From the NCBI GenBank assembly GCA_022798335.1, contig JAAWMH010000019.1, positions 11,417 through 75,416 on the forward strand: a DNA stretch of 64,000 nucleotides. The letters are read 5' to 3'. This DNA comes from Clostridia bacterium (GTDB lineage Bacteria; Bacillota; Clostridia; TANB77; CAG-508). Positions 54,001 to 64,000 of this stretch are shown here, piece after piece. Every line of letters begins with the position of its first letter. Position 1 is the first letter of the stretch. Under the pieces are notes generated by a model. The model was not told the origin of the DNA. It did not search any database and saw only the letters and a program-made list of their open reading frames with translations. A program made the position numbers and the translations under genes.

Positions 54001-54823
54001 TGTACCTTCTCGTATGAACTTAGGCCAAGTATTAGAAGTACACTTAGGAATGGCAGCAAGAGCATTAGGATTTAAAGTAGCAACACCAGTATTTGATGGC
54101 GCAACAGACGAAGAAATAAAAGAACTATTTAGAGAAGCTAAACTACCAGAAGATGGTAAAACAGTAGTCTATGATGGAAGAACAGGAGAGCCTTTTGACC
54201 GACCAATTACAGTTGGTGTTATGTACATGTTAAAACTACACCACTTAGTAGACGATAAAATTCATGCTCGTTCAACAGGACCATATTCATTAGTAACACA
54301 ACAACCTTTAGGAGGTAAAGCACAATTTGGTGGACAACGTTTTGGAGAGATGGAAGTTTGGGCATTAGAAGCATATGGAGCAGCATATACCTTACAAGAA
54401 ATGTTAACTGTTAAATCAGATGATATTGTAGGACGTGTAAAAACATATGAATCAATTGTAAAAGGTGAAAATGTGCCAGAGCCAGGAGTACCAGAAGGAT
54501 TTAAAGTATTAATCAAAGAACTTCAATCATTAGGCTTAGATGTACGTTTACTATCAGAAGATAACCAAGAACTAGAACTAAAAGAAAACATTGAAGATGG
54601 TATAGACTTTAATAGCATAGAGGATGCAAAAAGACTAGAAGAACAAGTAGTAGATGAATCAGAATTAGCAGATGGATATGAAGAAGCAATAGAAGATGAA
54701 GTAGATGATTTACTAGTAGACGGAGAAGAAGATGACGACGCTTTATTTGCAGACTTTGATGATGAAGAAATTGTTTTAGACGATACAGACTTAGAAGAAG
54801 ATAATCTTTTAAATGATGAATAA
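51083..54823 (+). CDS. rpoB: DNA-directed RNA polymerase subunit beta
   Basis: Conserved throughout ([61 protein letters not shown]). I prefer the TTG at 51083 (AGGGGTG six nt upstream) over the track GTG at 51074. It has an acidic C-terminal extension. Confidence 0.95.
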   Translation: MLKEIKHEKCSRKTFAKIGDSIEMPNLIQVQKDSYNWFIEEGLGEVLRDVSPIIDYSGNLVLEFLDYYMEEKTKYTLEEAKERDTTYATRLHVKVRLINRETGEIKEQEIYLGDFPLMTDSGTFVINGAERVVVSQLVRSPGCYYATDFDSKTGRRIFTSTVMPIRGAWIEYETDGNDIFYARVDRTRKIPVTTLLRAIGIVTDEQIMQLFGEESKITATLQKDPIKTQEEALVEIYKKLRPGELPTTDAARNLFNGLFFDARRYDLAKVGRYKFNQKLSLANRIMGKVAYQDIIDPETGEVLAEKDSTISEEVAIAIQNSGINMVDIKQEEKPIRIIGNGTVNIHSVLPNVDLSSLHIREMVNYIVLKSIIDTTDEKDLVKVLRERMDELNPKHITNEDIIASINYLLNLEHELGNIDDIDHLGNRRIRCVGELLQNQFRIGLTRLERVVRERMTIQDLDVITPQTLINTKPITSSIREFFGSSQLSQFMDQTNPLSELTHKRRISALGPGGLSRERAGFEVRDIHYTHYGRLCPIESPEGPNVGLISALSSFAIINEYGFIETPYRKVDHETGKVTDEVIYMSADVEDKYIIAQASEPVDKDGKFINDRIRVRYKEEITMVDKDQVDFVDVSPKQLVSVAAAMIPFVEHDDAKRSLMGANMQRQAVPLLMPDSPIVGTGIEYRAAKDSGITVMAENEGIVEKVTGDEIKIRNKKDEIDVYHLRKFKRTNGGTCINQRPVVQVGEKVKVGDLIADGPATKNGEMALGKNVLIAFTTWEGYNYEDAVLISERLVKEDVYTSIHIEEYDCECRDTKLGPEEITRDIPNVGDDSLKDLDENGIIRIGAEVRPGDILVGKVTPKGETELTAEERLLRAIFGEKAREVRDTSLRVPHGEAGTIVDVKIFTRDNSDELAPGVNQVIRCYIATKRKISVGDKMAGRHGNKGVISRILPEEDMPFMPDGTPVDIVLNPLGVPSRMNLGQVLEVHLGMAARALGFKVATPVFDGATDEEIKELFREAKLPEDGKTVVYDGRTGEPFDRPITVGVMYMLKLHHLVDDKIHARSTGPYSLVTQQPLGGKAQFGGQRFGEMEVWALEAYGAAYTLQEMLTVKSDDIVGRVKTYESIVKGENVPEPGVPEGFKVLIKELQSLGLDVRLLSEDNQELELKENIEDGIDFNSIEDAKRLEEQVVDESELADGYEEAIEDEVDDLLVDGEEDDDALFADFDDEEIVLDDTDLEEDNLLNDE

Positions 54824-54865
54824 ACGAGCGCTGCTAGTAGCAGAAAAAGCGAGTTTATGAATAGG

Positions 54866-54921
54866 CATAAACTATTGTTTTAGGCTTTAAAAAGATAAAG
54901 CCTAAAACGATTAGTTTGATG
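54866..54921 (+). other. long imperfect hairpin 1 in the rpoB-rpoC spacer
   Basis: The perfect 12-bp core is gttttaggcttt (54877-54888) with aaagcctaaaac (54897-54908). It is extended by cataaacta.. / ..tagtttgatg. Confidence 0.55.
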
Positions 54922-54960
54922 CTTGCAGATTTGTTAGATGAATAAATTAAATATAGCCTT

Positions 54961-55031
54961 TCATAAAAGTTTGAAATAGTAAACAAGAAGGAATTGTACA
55001 GCAGTGTATGCTATTTCAAACAAGTTTATGA
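54961..55031 (+). other. long imperfect hairpin 2 in the rpoB-rpoC spacer
   Basis: gtttgaaatag (54969-54979) pairs with ctatttcaaac (55011-55021), and tcataaa pairs with tttatga further out. The loop is 31 nt. Confidence 0.5.
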
Positions 55032-55084
55032 AAACCAAAGATAGGAAATCCTATTAAGAAAAAAATATTTTAGGGGGCTAAAAA

Positions 55085-58000
55085 GTGGACGAATTAGAAA
55101 TTTTTAATAAAATAAAAATAGGACTTGCATCAGACGAAAAAATAAGAGAATGGTCAAAAGGTGAAGTGAAAAAACCAGAAACCATTAACTACAGAACATT
55201 AAAACCAGAAAAAGATGGACTATTTTGTGAAAGAATATTTGGACCAACAAAAGACTGGGAATGTCATTGTGGAAAATATAAAAGAGTAAGATATAAAGGA
55301 ATTGTCTGCGATAGATGTGGTGTAGAAGTAACTAAATCAAAAGTAAGACGTGAAAGAATGGGACATATCGAACTTGCAGCACCAATTGCTCATATTTGGT
55401 ATTTTAAAGGAATACCAAGTAGGATTGGACTAATGTTAGATATATCACCAAGAAGTTTAGAAAAAGTAATTTATTTTGCATCTTATATCGTAACAGACAA
55501 AGGAACTAGTGGATTAATGAAATGCCAAATTCTATCTGAAAAAGAATACCATGAAGCAGAAGAAAAATATGGAAGAGGTTCTTTTACAGCAAGAATGGGA
55601 GCAGAAGCAATCCAAGAATTACTAGAAGAAATTGATGTAGAAAAATTAGCAGAAAAATTAAAAAAAGAACTAGAAAAAGCAAGCGAACAAAAAAGAGCAA
55701 AAGTTGTAAAAAGGTTAGATACTGTAGAAGCATTTAGATTATCACAAAATCGTCCAGAATGGATGATACTAAACGTAATACCAGTTATACCACCAGATTT
55801 AAGACCAATGGTACAATTAGATGGTGGTAGGTTCGCAACCTCAGATTTAAATGATTTATATCGTAGAGTAATCAATAGAAATAATCGTTTAAAAAGACTA
55901 TTAGAATTAGGTGCACCAGAAATTATTGTGCGTAATGAAAAAAGAATGTTACAAGAAGCAGTAGATGCCCTAATAGATAATGGAAGACGTGGAAGACCAG
56001 TAACAGGAGCTGGAAATAGAGCTTTAAAATCATTATCAGACTTATTAAAAGGAAAACAAGGAAGATTCCGTCAAAACTTACTAGGTAAACGTGTTGACTA
56101 TTCTGGACGTTCTGTTATCGTAGTAGGACCAGAGCTAAAATTATATCAATGTGGTGTACCAAAAGAAATGGCAGTAGAACTATTTAAACCATTTGTAATG
56201 AAAGAGTTAGTAGGAAGAGGAATTGCACATAATATAAAAAATGCAAAAAGAATGGTAGAAAGACTAAGACCAGAAGTATGGGATATCTTAGAAGACGTTA
56301 TTAAAGACCATCCAGTATTATTAAACCGTGCACCAACACTACATAGACTTGGAATTCAAGCATTTGAGCCAGTATTAGTAGAAGGTAGAGCAATTAAGCT
56401 TCATCCATTAGTATGTACAGCCTTCAATGCAGACTTTGATGGTGATCAAATGGCAATTCACTTACCACTATCACCAGAAGCACAAGCAGAAGCAAGGTAT
56501 TTAATGTTATCTGTAAATAACCTTTTGAAACCACAAGATGGTAAGCCAGTAACAGTACCAACTCAAGATATGATTTTAGGAAGTTACTACTTAACTATGG
56601 AAGTACCAGGAGAAGTAGGAGAAGGTGGCAACTATGCTTCACCAGAAGAAGCAGTAATTGCATACGAAAACAATGACTTAGGATTACATGCTAAAATATC
56701 TGTAAGAATTCAAAAAGAAATTGATGGAAAATTAGAAACAAGAAAAGTAGAAACAACAGTAGGAAGACTAATTTATAACGAAGGAATGCCACAAAACCTA
56801 GGTTTTGTAGACAGAACTAAACCAGAAAATATTTTTGAACCAGAAATTAATTTTGCAGTATCTAAAAAGAACTTAGGAAAAATCATTGCAAAATCAATCA
56901 ACTCTAATGGATTAAGTGCAACAGCAGAATTACTAGACTATATCAAATCAATGGGCTTTAAGCACTCTACAACAGCAGGAATTACAGTATCTGTAGACGA
57001 TGTAAAAGTACCGGAAGCTAAAAAACAAATCTTATTAGATGCAAACGAGCAAGTAAATAATGTCTTAAAACAATATAAACGTGGTTTAATAACCAATGAT
57101 GAAAGATACAATCAAGTTATTAAAATCTGGGAAAAAGCAACAGATGACGTAACAGATGCCATGAAAGATAACTTTGAAGAATTAAACCCAGTTTATATGA
57201 TGAGCCAATCAGGAGCAAGACGGAAATCTAAACCAATTAAGACAAATTGCAGGTATGCGTGGACTTATGGCAAGTACAACAGGTAAAACAGTAGAAATAC
57301 CAATTACTTCATCTTTCCGTGAAGGACTAGACGCACTAGAATACTTTATATCAGCCCATGGAGCTAGAAAAGGTTTAGCAGATACAGCTTTAAGAACAGC
57401 AGACTCTGGATACTTAACAAGAAGACTAGTAGATGTATCACAAGATATTATTGTACGTGAAGACGACTGTGGAACTCATGAAGGTATTATTGTAGCAGAC
57501 ATTAGAGATGGAAACCAAATTATTGAAAAATTAGAAGAAAGACTAGTAGGTAGATATCCACTAGAAACTATTATAGATCCAACCACAAAAGAAGTAATTG
57601 TAGATGTAGACACAATGATTACTGAGAAAATGGCAGAAAAAATAATAGCAACAGGAATGGAAGCAGTACCAGTACGCTCAGTACTTGGATGCCGTACAAA
57701 ACATGGAGTATGCCGCAAATGCTATGGAATGGGCTTGGCTACTAGAGATAGAGTAAATATAGGAGAATCTGTTGGTATTATAGCAGCACAATCTATTGGA
57801 GAGCCAGGTACACAGCTTACTATGAGAACAATTCACTCTGGAGGTGTAGCAGGTGTAGCAGATATTACACAAGGTTTACCAAGGGTTGAAGAATTATTTG
57901 AAGCAAGAAAACCAAAGGGATTAGCAGTTATTACAGAAATCGATGGTGTTGTAAAAATATCAGAAGACAAAAAGAAAAAAGAAGTAATTGTTACCTCAGA

Positions 58001-58598
58001 TGATGACTCAAGAACTTACACCATACCATTTAGATCAAAACTACGTGTAAAAGATGGAGACTTTATCCAAGCAGGAGAAGCCTTAATAGAAGGAGCTATC
58101 AATCCAAATGAAATACTGCTAATTAAAGGCCCAGAAGGTGTATATGAATATTTAATACAAGAAGTACAAAAAGTTTACCGTAACCAAGGTGTTGATATTA
58201 ATGATAAACATATTGAAGTAATAGGAAGACAAATGCTTAAAAAAGTAAGAGTAGAAGACAACGGAGATACTAGTATGTTTGCAGGTTCTTTAGTAGACGT
58301 GCACGACTTTGAAGATGAAAACGAAAAAGTAGTAGCAGAGGGCAAAAAACCAGCTACAGGAAAACGTATATTACTTGGAATTACCAAAGCATCATTAGCA
58401 ACAGAAAGCTTCTTATCAGCAGCATCTTTCCAAGAAACAACAAGAGTATTAACAGAAGCTGCTGTTAAAGGAAAAGTAGACGAATTAATAGGACTAAAAG
58501 AAAATGTAATTATAGGAAAACTAATTCCAGCAGGAACAGGACTACCAATGTACAAAAATACACATATTAATACAGAAGAAAACGAAGAAACAGAATAA
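55085..58598 (+). CDS. rpoC: DNA-directed RNA polymerase subunit beta', interrupted by one extra C at 57221
   Basis: Track ORFs 55085..57286 and 57255..58598. The sequence gga gca aga C gga aat cta aac caa tta aga caa att gca ggt atg cgt gga restores [21 protein letters not shown]. The NADFDGD motif is present. GTG start with RBS AGGGGG. Confidence 0.95.
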
Positions 58599-58604
58599 TA
58601 AAAG

Positions 58605-58635
58605 TGAGACATCCGGGACAGTCCCCATTGTCTCA
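58605..58635. repeat. REP-like nested palindrome, subtype 1
   Basis: tgagacatccgggacagtccccattgtctca, 7 nt after the rpoC stop. Confidence 0.85.
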
Positions 58636-58648
58636 TAAGGATACAAAG

Positions 58649-58688
58649 GTGAAGAAAATAGAAGCAATCTAAATTCTTCACTTTTTTT
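58649..58688 (+). terminator. candidate rpoC terminator
   Basis: gtgaagaa (58649-58656) pairs with ttcttcac (58674-58681) and is followed by TTTTTTT. The loop is 17 nt. Confidence 0.5.
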
Positions 58689-58698
58689 ATATAAGACA

Positions 58699-58729
58699 TG
58701 AGACATCTGGGACAGGCCCCTTTGTCTCA
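58699..58729. repeat. REP-like nested palindrome, subtype 1
   Basis: tgagacatctgggacaggcccctttgtctca. Confidence 0.8.
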
Positions 58730-58754
58730 ATCATAAAAAGATAGGAGAAGGAAA

Positions 58755-59435
58755 ATGGATTTAGTAACTTATATGCAAAAATTACAAAATATGGCAGACT
58801 TTTTAGTAAGAGGTTATGTGCTGAAATGTGCAGATGGTCGCACAGCTATAGAAATTGTAAATGATGAAATTGTAGAGCAAGCTAACGCCTTTTCAATTCA
58901 AGAATATAACCTTTTCGATCCATTAGAGCAAGGATTTTGGGGAGAACAAAGAAGTATAGGAATTTTAATGGAATATTTAGCAGACGGAGAATATGAAAGA
59001 CAAATAGAAGGAAAAGAAGATTTTTCACAACCATATAAGCCAACCTTACAAGAAGCTGAATTTTATTATAAAACTATGAAAAGAGTAAAAGCTATTTTAA
59101 AAATGATGTCCATATCTTTGGTTTCTGGAACTCATATTCCACTAGATGGATTTGAATTAATTGGACTAAAAAGGGAGTATTTAGAAGAAGACGACCTAAA
59201 TCAATATGAAGAACAAGTAGCAGATTTAATATATAATGTACATACACAAAGTTTTTGCGTAATAGATTCAAGTGATGACATTATCATAGAAGACATAGAT
59301 ATTCATGAAGCAATGTATTTATATAATGAATTTTTAGTAAAGCAAGAACAAACAGAAATAGAAAGAAAAGTAATAGAAGAAGTTTCAAGAAGCAATCAGC
59401 AAGATTTAGAAGAAGATAAACAGCAAGAAAAATAA
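58755..59435 (+). CDS. hypothetical acidic 226-aa protein
   Basis: RBS AGGAGAAGGA. No TM and no recognised motif. It is bracketed by REP-like copies. Confidence 0.55.
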   Translation: MDLVTYMQKLQNMADFLVRGYVLKCADGRTAIEIVNDEIVEQANAFSIQEYNLFDPLEQGFWGEQRSIGILMEYLADGEYERQIEGKEDFSQPYKPTLQEAEFYYKTMKRVKAILKMMSISLVSGTHIPLDGFELIGLKREYLEEDDLNQYEEQVADLIYNVHTQSFCVIDSSDDIIIEDIDIHEAMYLYNEFLVKQEQTEIERKVIEEVSRSNQQDLEEDKQQEK

Positions 59436-59446
59436 GCAAAACTATT

Positions 59447-59478
59447 TGAGACATTTGGGATTTATTCCCTTTGTCTCA
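59447..59478. repeat. REP-like nested palindrome, subtype 1 (degenerate core)
   Basis: tgagacatttgggatttattccctttgtctca. Confidence 0.75.
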
Positions 59479-59568
59479 TTTTCTTATTTGCACAATCATA
59501 AGCATAATGTCAATTGACAAAAACTCATAAACAGTGTACAATATAGCCATTAGAAAAAGGAGATTTTT

Positions 59569-61570
59569 ATGCCAAAAAACAGCAGTAAAAAGATATTTGA
59601 AGGACTTATCTCAAAAACTAAGGTATACTTAGTTTTAATTGCTATATTACTTATTATTATTTGTATTTTAAATATACGCTATTGGGCAGTAGCATTACTT
59701 ACTTATATTTTAGTACTTATTTATACTTACTATAGCAATCAAAAAAGAAGAGCAGAACTATCAGAACACTTGCAAGATCTTAATTTTCATATGGACAAGG
59801 CAGCAAAAAATACAATGATACATTCGCCATTTCCACTTATCATTATTGAAACAGATGGAAATATAATTTGGAAAAGTACTAAATTTGAAAAAGAATTTAT
59901 AAACACAGATATGAATAATATCTTAAGTGACTTATTAAAAGAAATAAAATTAGAAATAGAAAATAATGAAGAAAATCCAGAAAAGAGTATTCACAAAGAA
60001 ATTGAAATAGGTAACAAAATTTATGAAATACAAGGAAAATATACAAAATCAAAAGAAGAGTATATGCTAACAATGTACTTTTTTGATGAAACAAAAAATA
60101 TCGAATTAGAAAAAGAATACGAAGAGTCTCAAATTTGTGTAGGAATTATCATGATAGATAATTTTGAAGAAATTAATCAACGACTAGATGACGAAGAAAA
60201 ACCAATACTTTTAGCACAAATAGAAAAAAATCTTTACGATTGGGCAAGCAATTTTGAAGGACTTATTATTAAATCAGAAAGAGACACCTTTGTATGTATT
60301 TTAGAAAAAAGATATGTAAGCCTTCTAGAAGAAAGAAAATTTGCTATTTTAGATAGTGTAAAAGAGTTAGAATTATCAAACAAAATACCAGTAACTTTAA
60401 GTATATCTATTTCAGAAGAAGGAGAATCAAACTACGAAAAATATAAATCAGCACAAGCAGGGGTAGACATTGCATTAGGTAGAGGTGGAGATCAAGCAGT
60501 AGTTAGAAAAGATGGAAAATATACCTTCTTTGGAGGGAAAAGCCAAGAAGTAGAAAAAAGAACAAAAGTAAAAGCAAGAATTGTAGCACATGCTTTAGAA
60601 GAATTAATGTTACAAGCTAAAAATGTTATTGTTATGGGACATACAAATGGGGATATAGACTCTATGGGAGCTAGTATGGGGTTATATCGTTTAGCTAAAA
60701 GCTTAAATGTAGAAGCCTATGTTGTAAATAATAATACAGGAATTGGACTTCAAAATTTCATGGAATCTGCCAAAGAAGAAAAAGAATATACAGAAGCAAT
60801 TATTAATAAATCAGAAGCAATGTCAAAAGTAACACCAGAAACATTACTTATCATAGCAGATACTCATAAAAAAACATATGTAGAAGTGCCAGAACTATTA
60901 GAAGAAACTAGTAAAATTGTTATTGTAGACCACCATAGAAAAAGCCCAGACTATATAGAAGATGCAATCCTTACTTTCCATGAAGTATATGCTTCTTCAG
61001 CAGCAGAATTAGTTACAGAAATATTAGAATACGCACAAACAAAAGTAGAGTTAACTACTTTAGAAGCAGAAAGCTTATATGCTGGAATTATGATGGATAC
61101 CAAAAACTTTACTTTTAAAACAGGAGTTAGAACTTTTGAAGCAGCAGCATATTTAAGAAAATGTGGAGTAGATATTATAAAAGTAAAAAAATGGTTCCAA
61201 AGTGATCTAAAAACATATAACAAAATTTCAAAAATAGTAGAAACAGCAGAAATAACAAATGAAACAATAGGAATTTCTACTTATGAAGAAAATGACAAAG
61301 ATGCTAATATCATATGTGCAAAAGCAGCAGACGAATTACTAACTATTAGTGATATTACAGCCTCATTTGTAATAGGAAAATTAGGAGATAAAGTATGTAT
61401 CAGCCGGTCGATCCATTGGAGACATTAATGTACAAGTTATATTAGAAAAGCTAGGCGGTGGTGGACACATTACCTTAGCAGGAGCACAAGTAGAAGGAAT
61501 GACAATAGAAGAAGTAAAACAAGAATTAATTAACCGCATTAATGAGTATTTTAGCGAAATATCAAGTTAA
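59569..61570 (+). CDS. gdpP: GdpP-type c-di-AMP phosphodiesterase (2 TM, PAS-like, degenerate GGDEF, DHH/DHHA1), interrupted by one extra C at 61405
   Basis: The sequence atc agc C ggt cga tcc att gga gac att aat gta caa continues in +1 as ISGRSIGDINVQVILEKLGGGGHITLAGAQVEGM...EYFSEISS, ending at the stop at 61568-61570. DHH motifs are MGHTNGDIDSMGA and DHHR. It sits upstream of rplI-dnaB, as in Bacillus. Confidence 0.85.
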
Positions 61571-61575
61571 ATTGA

Positions 61576-61608
61576 GTGAGACATTGGGGACAGTCCCAAA
61601 TGTCTCAC
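61576..61608. repeat. REP-like nested palindrome, subtype 1
   Basis: gtgagacattggggacagtcccaaatgtctcac, 6 nt after the gdpP stop. Confidence 0.85.
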
Positions 61609-61633
61609 AAAAATAATAAGCAGGAGGAAAAAT

Positions 61634-62083
61634 ATGAAAGTAATTTTATTAGATAATATAAAAGGAGTAGGAAAAAAAGATGAAGTTATAAATGCAAGTG
61701 ATGGCTATGCAAGAAACTTCCTATTTCCTAAAAAATTAGCAGTAGAAGCAAATGCAGAAAATATGAGCAAACTAAAAGCAAAACAAGACTCAATAGGGTA
61801 TAAAAAATCACAAGAAAAAGAAGAAGCACAAAAACAAGCAGAAAAATTAAAAAAGATTTTATTAAAAATAGCAGTAAAATCAGGAGAAAACGGAAAAATA
61901 TTCGGTTCTATTACAGCAAAAGAAATAGCAGATAATCTAAAAGAGCAATATAAAATAGAAGTAGACAAAAAGAAAATAGATTTAAAAGAACCAATAAAAA
62001 CATTAGGAAGTGTAAGTGTAACTATTAAACTATATGAAGGAGTTATTGGAAATTTAAAAGTAGAGTTAATAGCAGCAAATTAA
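61634..62083 (+). CDS. rplI: 50S ribosomal protein L9
   Basis: 149 aa. MKVILLDNIKGVGKKDEVINASDGYARNFLFPKKLA is the canonical L9 N-domain. Confidence 0.95.
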   Translation: MKVILLDNIKGVGKKDEVINASDGYARNFLFPKKLAVEANAENMSKLKAKQDSIGYKKSQEKEEAQKQAEKLKKILLKIAVKSGENGKIFGSITAKEIADNLKEQYKIEVDKKKIDLKEPIKTLGSVSVTIKLYEGVIGNLKVELIAAN

Positions 62084-62138
62084 CTACAATGTTTCGTAGC
62101 AAAAAATGACATAGATACAAAAATAGGGGGCAAAATAA

Positions 62139-63470
62139 ATGGAACTAGGAAAAATACCACCACATGACATAGAAGCAGAACAAGCAGTAATAGGCAGTAT
62201 GTTAACAGATAAAGATGCTATTATGTCTGCTGTAGAAGTATTAAAAGAAGAAGACTTTTATCGTGAAGATAATAAATTAATTTATGAAGCCATTCTTAAT
62301 TTATATAATCGAGCAGAACCTGTAGACATTATTACTTTAAAAACAGAACTTCAAGCAATGAAACAGCTAGAAGCAGTAGGAGGATTAGAATATATTGCCC
62401 AGCTTCCAGATAAAGTTCCAACTACAGCCAATGTAGAACAATATATTAAAATTGTAGAAGAAAAGTCAGCTCTAAGAGCATTAATTAAAACAGCAAATGA
62501 GCTAATTAACATAGGATATGACCAAACACAAGAAGTTGAAGATATTTTAGATATAGCAGAAAGAAAAATATTTGACGTTATTCAAAACAGAAATCAAAAA
62601 GGATATAGTAGTATTAAAGATATCTTAGTAGACTCTTTTACACAATTAGAGCAATTATATAATCAAAAGCAACGCATTACAGGAGTACCAACGGGATTTG
62701 CAGACTTAGACTATATTACATCAGGACTTCATCCATCAGATTTAGTAATAGTAGCTGCAAGACCAGCTATGGGAAAATCAGCATTTGCTTTAAATATTGC
62801 TACAAATGCAGCAGTAAGAGCAAATGCACCAGTTGCAATTTTCAGTCTAGAAATGTCAAAAGAACAAATGACAAACCGTATTTTATGTAGTGAAGCTATG
62901 GTAGATAGCAATAAAGTAAGAACAGGCAAAATAGAAGATGATGATTGGCAAAAACTAGCAGAAGCATCAGGAGAATTGTCAACAGCTCAAATTTTTATAG
63001 ATGATACACCAGGTATATCTGCTATGGAAATACGTGCAAAATGTAGAAAATTAAAATTAGAAAAAAATATTGGTTTAGTAGTAATAGACTACATTCAATT
63101 AGTACAAGGAAGCAACAAAAAAGGTGGAAGCCGTGAACAAGAAATTTCGGAAATCAGTCGTTCTCTTAAAATTTTAGCCAAAGAAATTGGAGTACCAGTA
63201 ATTGCACTATCTCAACTTTCACGTTCAGTAGAACAAAGGCCAGACCATAGACCAATGCTATCAGATCTTCGTGAATCAGGAGCGATAGAGCAAGATGCCG
63301 ATATTGTTATGTTTTTATATCGTGATGATTATTATAACGAAGATTCCGAAAAGAAAAATATAGCAGAAGTAATTCTAGCAAAACACAGAGCTGGTTCAAC
63401 AGGAACAGTAGAACTATTATGGCTTGGAAGTTATACTAAATTTGCAAATTTAGATAAATATAGAGAGTAA
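62139..63470 (+). CDS. dnaB: replicative DNA helicase
   Basis: 443 aa. It contains PPHDIEAEQAVIGSML, Walker A ARPAMGKSAF, VIDYIQL and LSQLSRSVEQR. Confidence 0.95.
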   Translation: MELGKIPPHDIEAEQAVIGSMLTDKDAIMSAVEVLKEEDFYREDNKLIYEAILNLYNRAEPVDIITLKTELQAMKQLEAVGGLEYIAQLPDKVPTTANVEQYIKIVEEKSALRALIKTANELINIGYDQTQEVEDILDIAERKIFDVIQNRNQKGYSSIKDILVDSFTQLEQLYNQKQRITGVPTGFADLDYITSGLHPSDLVIVAARPAMGKSAFALNIATNAAVRANAPVAIFSLEMSKEQMTNRILCSEAMVDSNKVRTGKIEDDDWQKLAEASGELSTAQIFIDDTPGISAMEIRAKCRKLKLEKNIGLVVIDYIQLVQGSNKKGGSREQEISEISRSLKILAKEIGVPVIALSQLSRSVEQRPDHRPMLSDLRESGAIEQDADIVMFLYRDDYYNEDSEKKNIAEVILAKHRAGSTGTVELLWLGSYTKFANLDKYRE

Positions 63471-63482
63471 TAAGGAGAAAAA

Positions 63483-64000
63483 ATGCTACAAGAAAGAGTG
63501 CTAAAAACAATTGAAAAAAACAATTTAATACAAGAAAATGATAAAATTTTAATAGGAGTATCTGGTGGGCCTGATTCTATGTGCCTACTAGATATTTTGT
63601 ATTGTCTAAAAGAAAAATTACATGTAGAATTATTTGTAGCACATATCAATCATCAAATTAGAAAAGAAGCAGAAGAAGAAACAAAATATGTGCAAGAGTT
63701 TTGCAAAACAATACAAGTTCCTTGCTTTGTAAAATATGCATCAGTAGAAAAACTAGCAAAAGAGCAAAAAATAGGAACAGAAGAGGCAGGAAGAGAAGTA
63801 CGCTATAAATTTTTTGAAGAAGTAGCTAAAAAAGTAGCAGCAAATAAAATTGCAACAGCCCATAATGCTAATGATAATAGTGAAACAGTACTAATGAATT
63901 TCCTTAGAGGAACAGCAATTTCAGGGCTAAAAGGAATAGAAATCAAAAGAGATAAGTATATTAGACCAATTAGAAATTGTACAAGACAAGAAATAGAAGA
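63483..64000 (+). CDS. tilS: tRNA(Ile)-lysidine synthase, N-terminal part (runs off the right edge)
   Basis: RBS AAGGAGAA. It reads MLQERVLKTIEKNNLIQENDKILIGVSGGPDSMCLLDIL with the PP-loop motif SGGPDS, and ...ATAHNANDNSETVLMNFLRG. Confidence 0.85.
   Translation, partial: MLQERVLKTIEKNNLIQENDKILIGVSGGPDSMCLLDILYCLKEKLHVELFVAHINHQIRKEAEEETKYVQEFCKTIQVPCFVKYASVEKLAKEQKIGTEEAGREVRYKFFEEVAKKVAANKIATAHNANDNSETVLMNFLRGTAISGLKGIEIKRDKYIRPIRNCTRQEIE

Overview
AT-rich (roughly 30% G+C by eye) chromosomal segment with a strongly purine-loaded + strand that carries about 95% of the coding capacity. Gene content points to a low-GC, endospore-forming Firmicute (Clostridia-like). Order, left to right: mecA (partial), an unknown minus-strand gene, DUF4321, radC, mreB-mreC-mreD, PBP2, and minC without minDE. 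Next come three small minus-strand genes and a ~24 kb accessory block (8.9-33.1 kb). The block holds two tandem paralogous two-gene modules for giant surface proteins (~1650 aa and ~1730 aa each). Between them lie an orphan 428-aa gene, an XRE repressor with a perfect palindromic operator, and a pilin-like protein. After the block: spoIIE, a WG-repeat protein, an unknown 409-aa protein, acpS, tatD, a yabE-like wall hydrolase, xth, an AI-2E transporter, an OmpR/HK pair and DUF368. Then a second pilin-like/FGE-type protein carrying an (AG)27 tract, DUF4870, rpoB, rpoC, an acidic orphan, gdpP, rplI, dnaB and tilS (partial). I recognised no rRNA, tRNA, CRISPR array, transposase or integrase. The main finding is that every frameshift I can detect (12 sites in 9 genes, including rpoC, mreB, PBP2 and spoIIE) is the same event. 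One extra C sits directly 5' of a glycine codon, creating an in-frame CGG after which the conserved protein continues in the +1 frame. There are no homopolymer indels despite hundreds of A-runs. This is either a very unusual systematic assembly artefact or widespread +1 recoding at a starved or unassigned CGG codon. Other points are a family of nested palindromic REP-like elements that also rebuilds two CDS 3' ends, non-canonical C-terminal anchor motifs (ILPPFG, VTG) and possible thioester domains in the giant proteins, and rpoBC detached from its usual ribosomal-protein neighbourhood. All protein family calls rest on motif recognition by eye, not on database searches.
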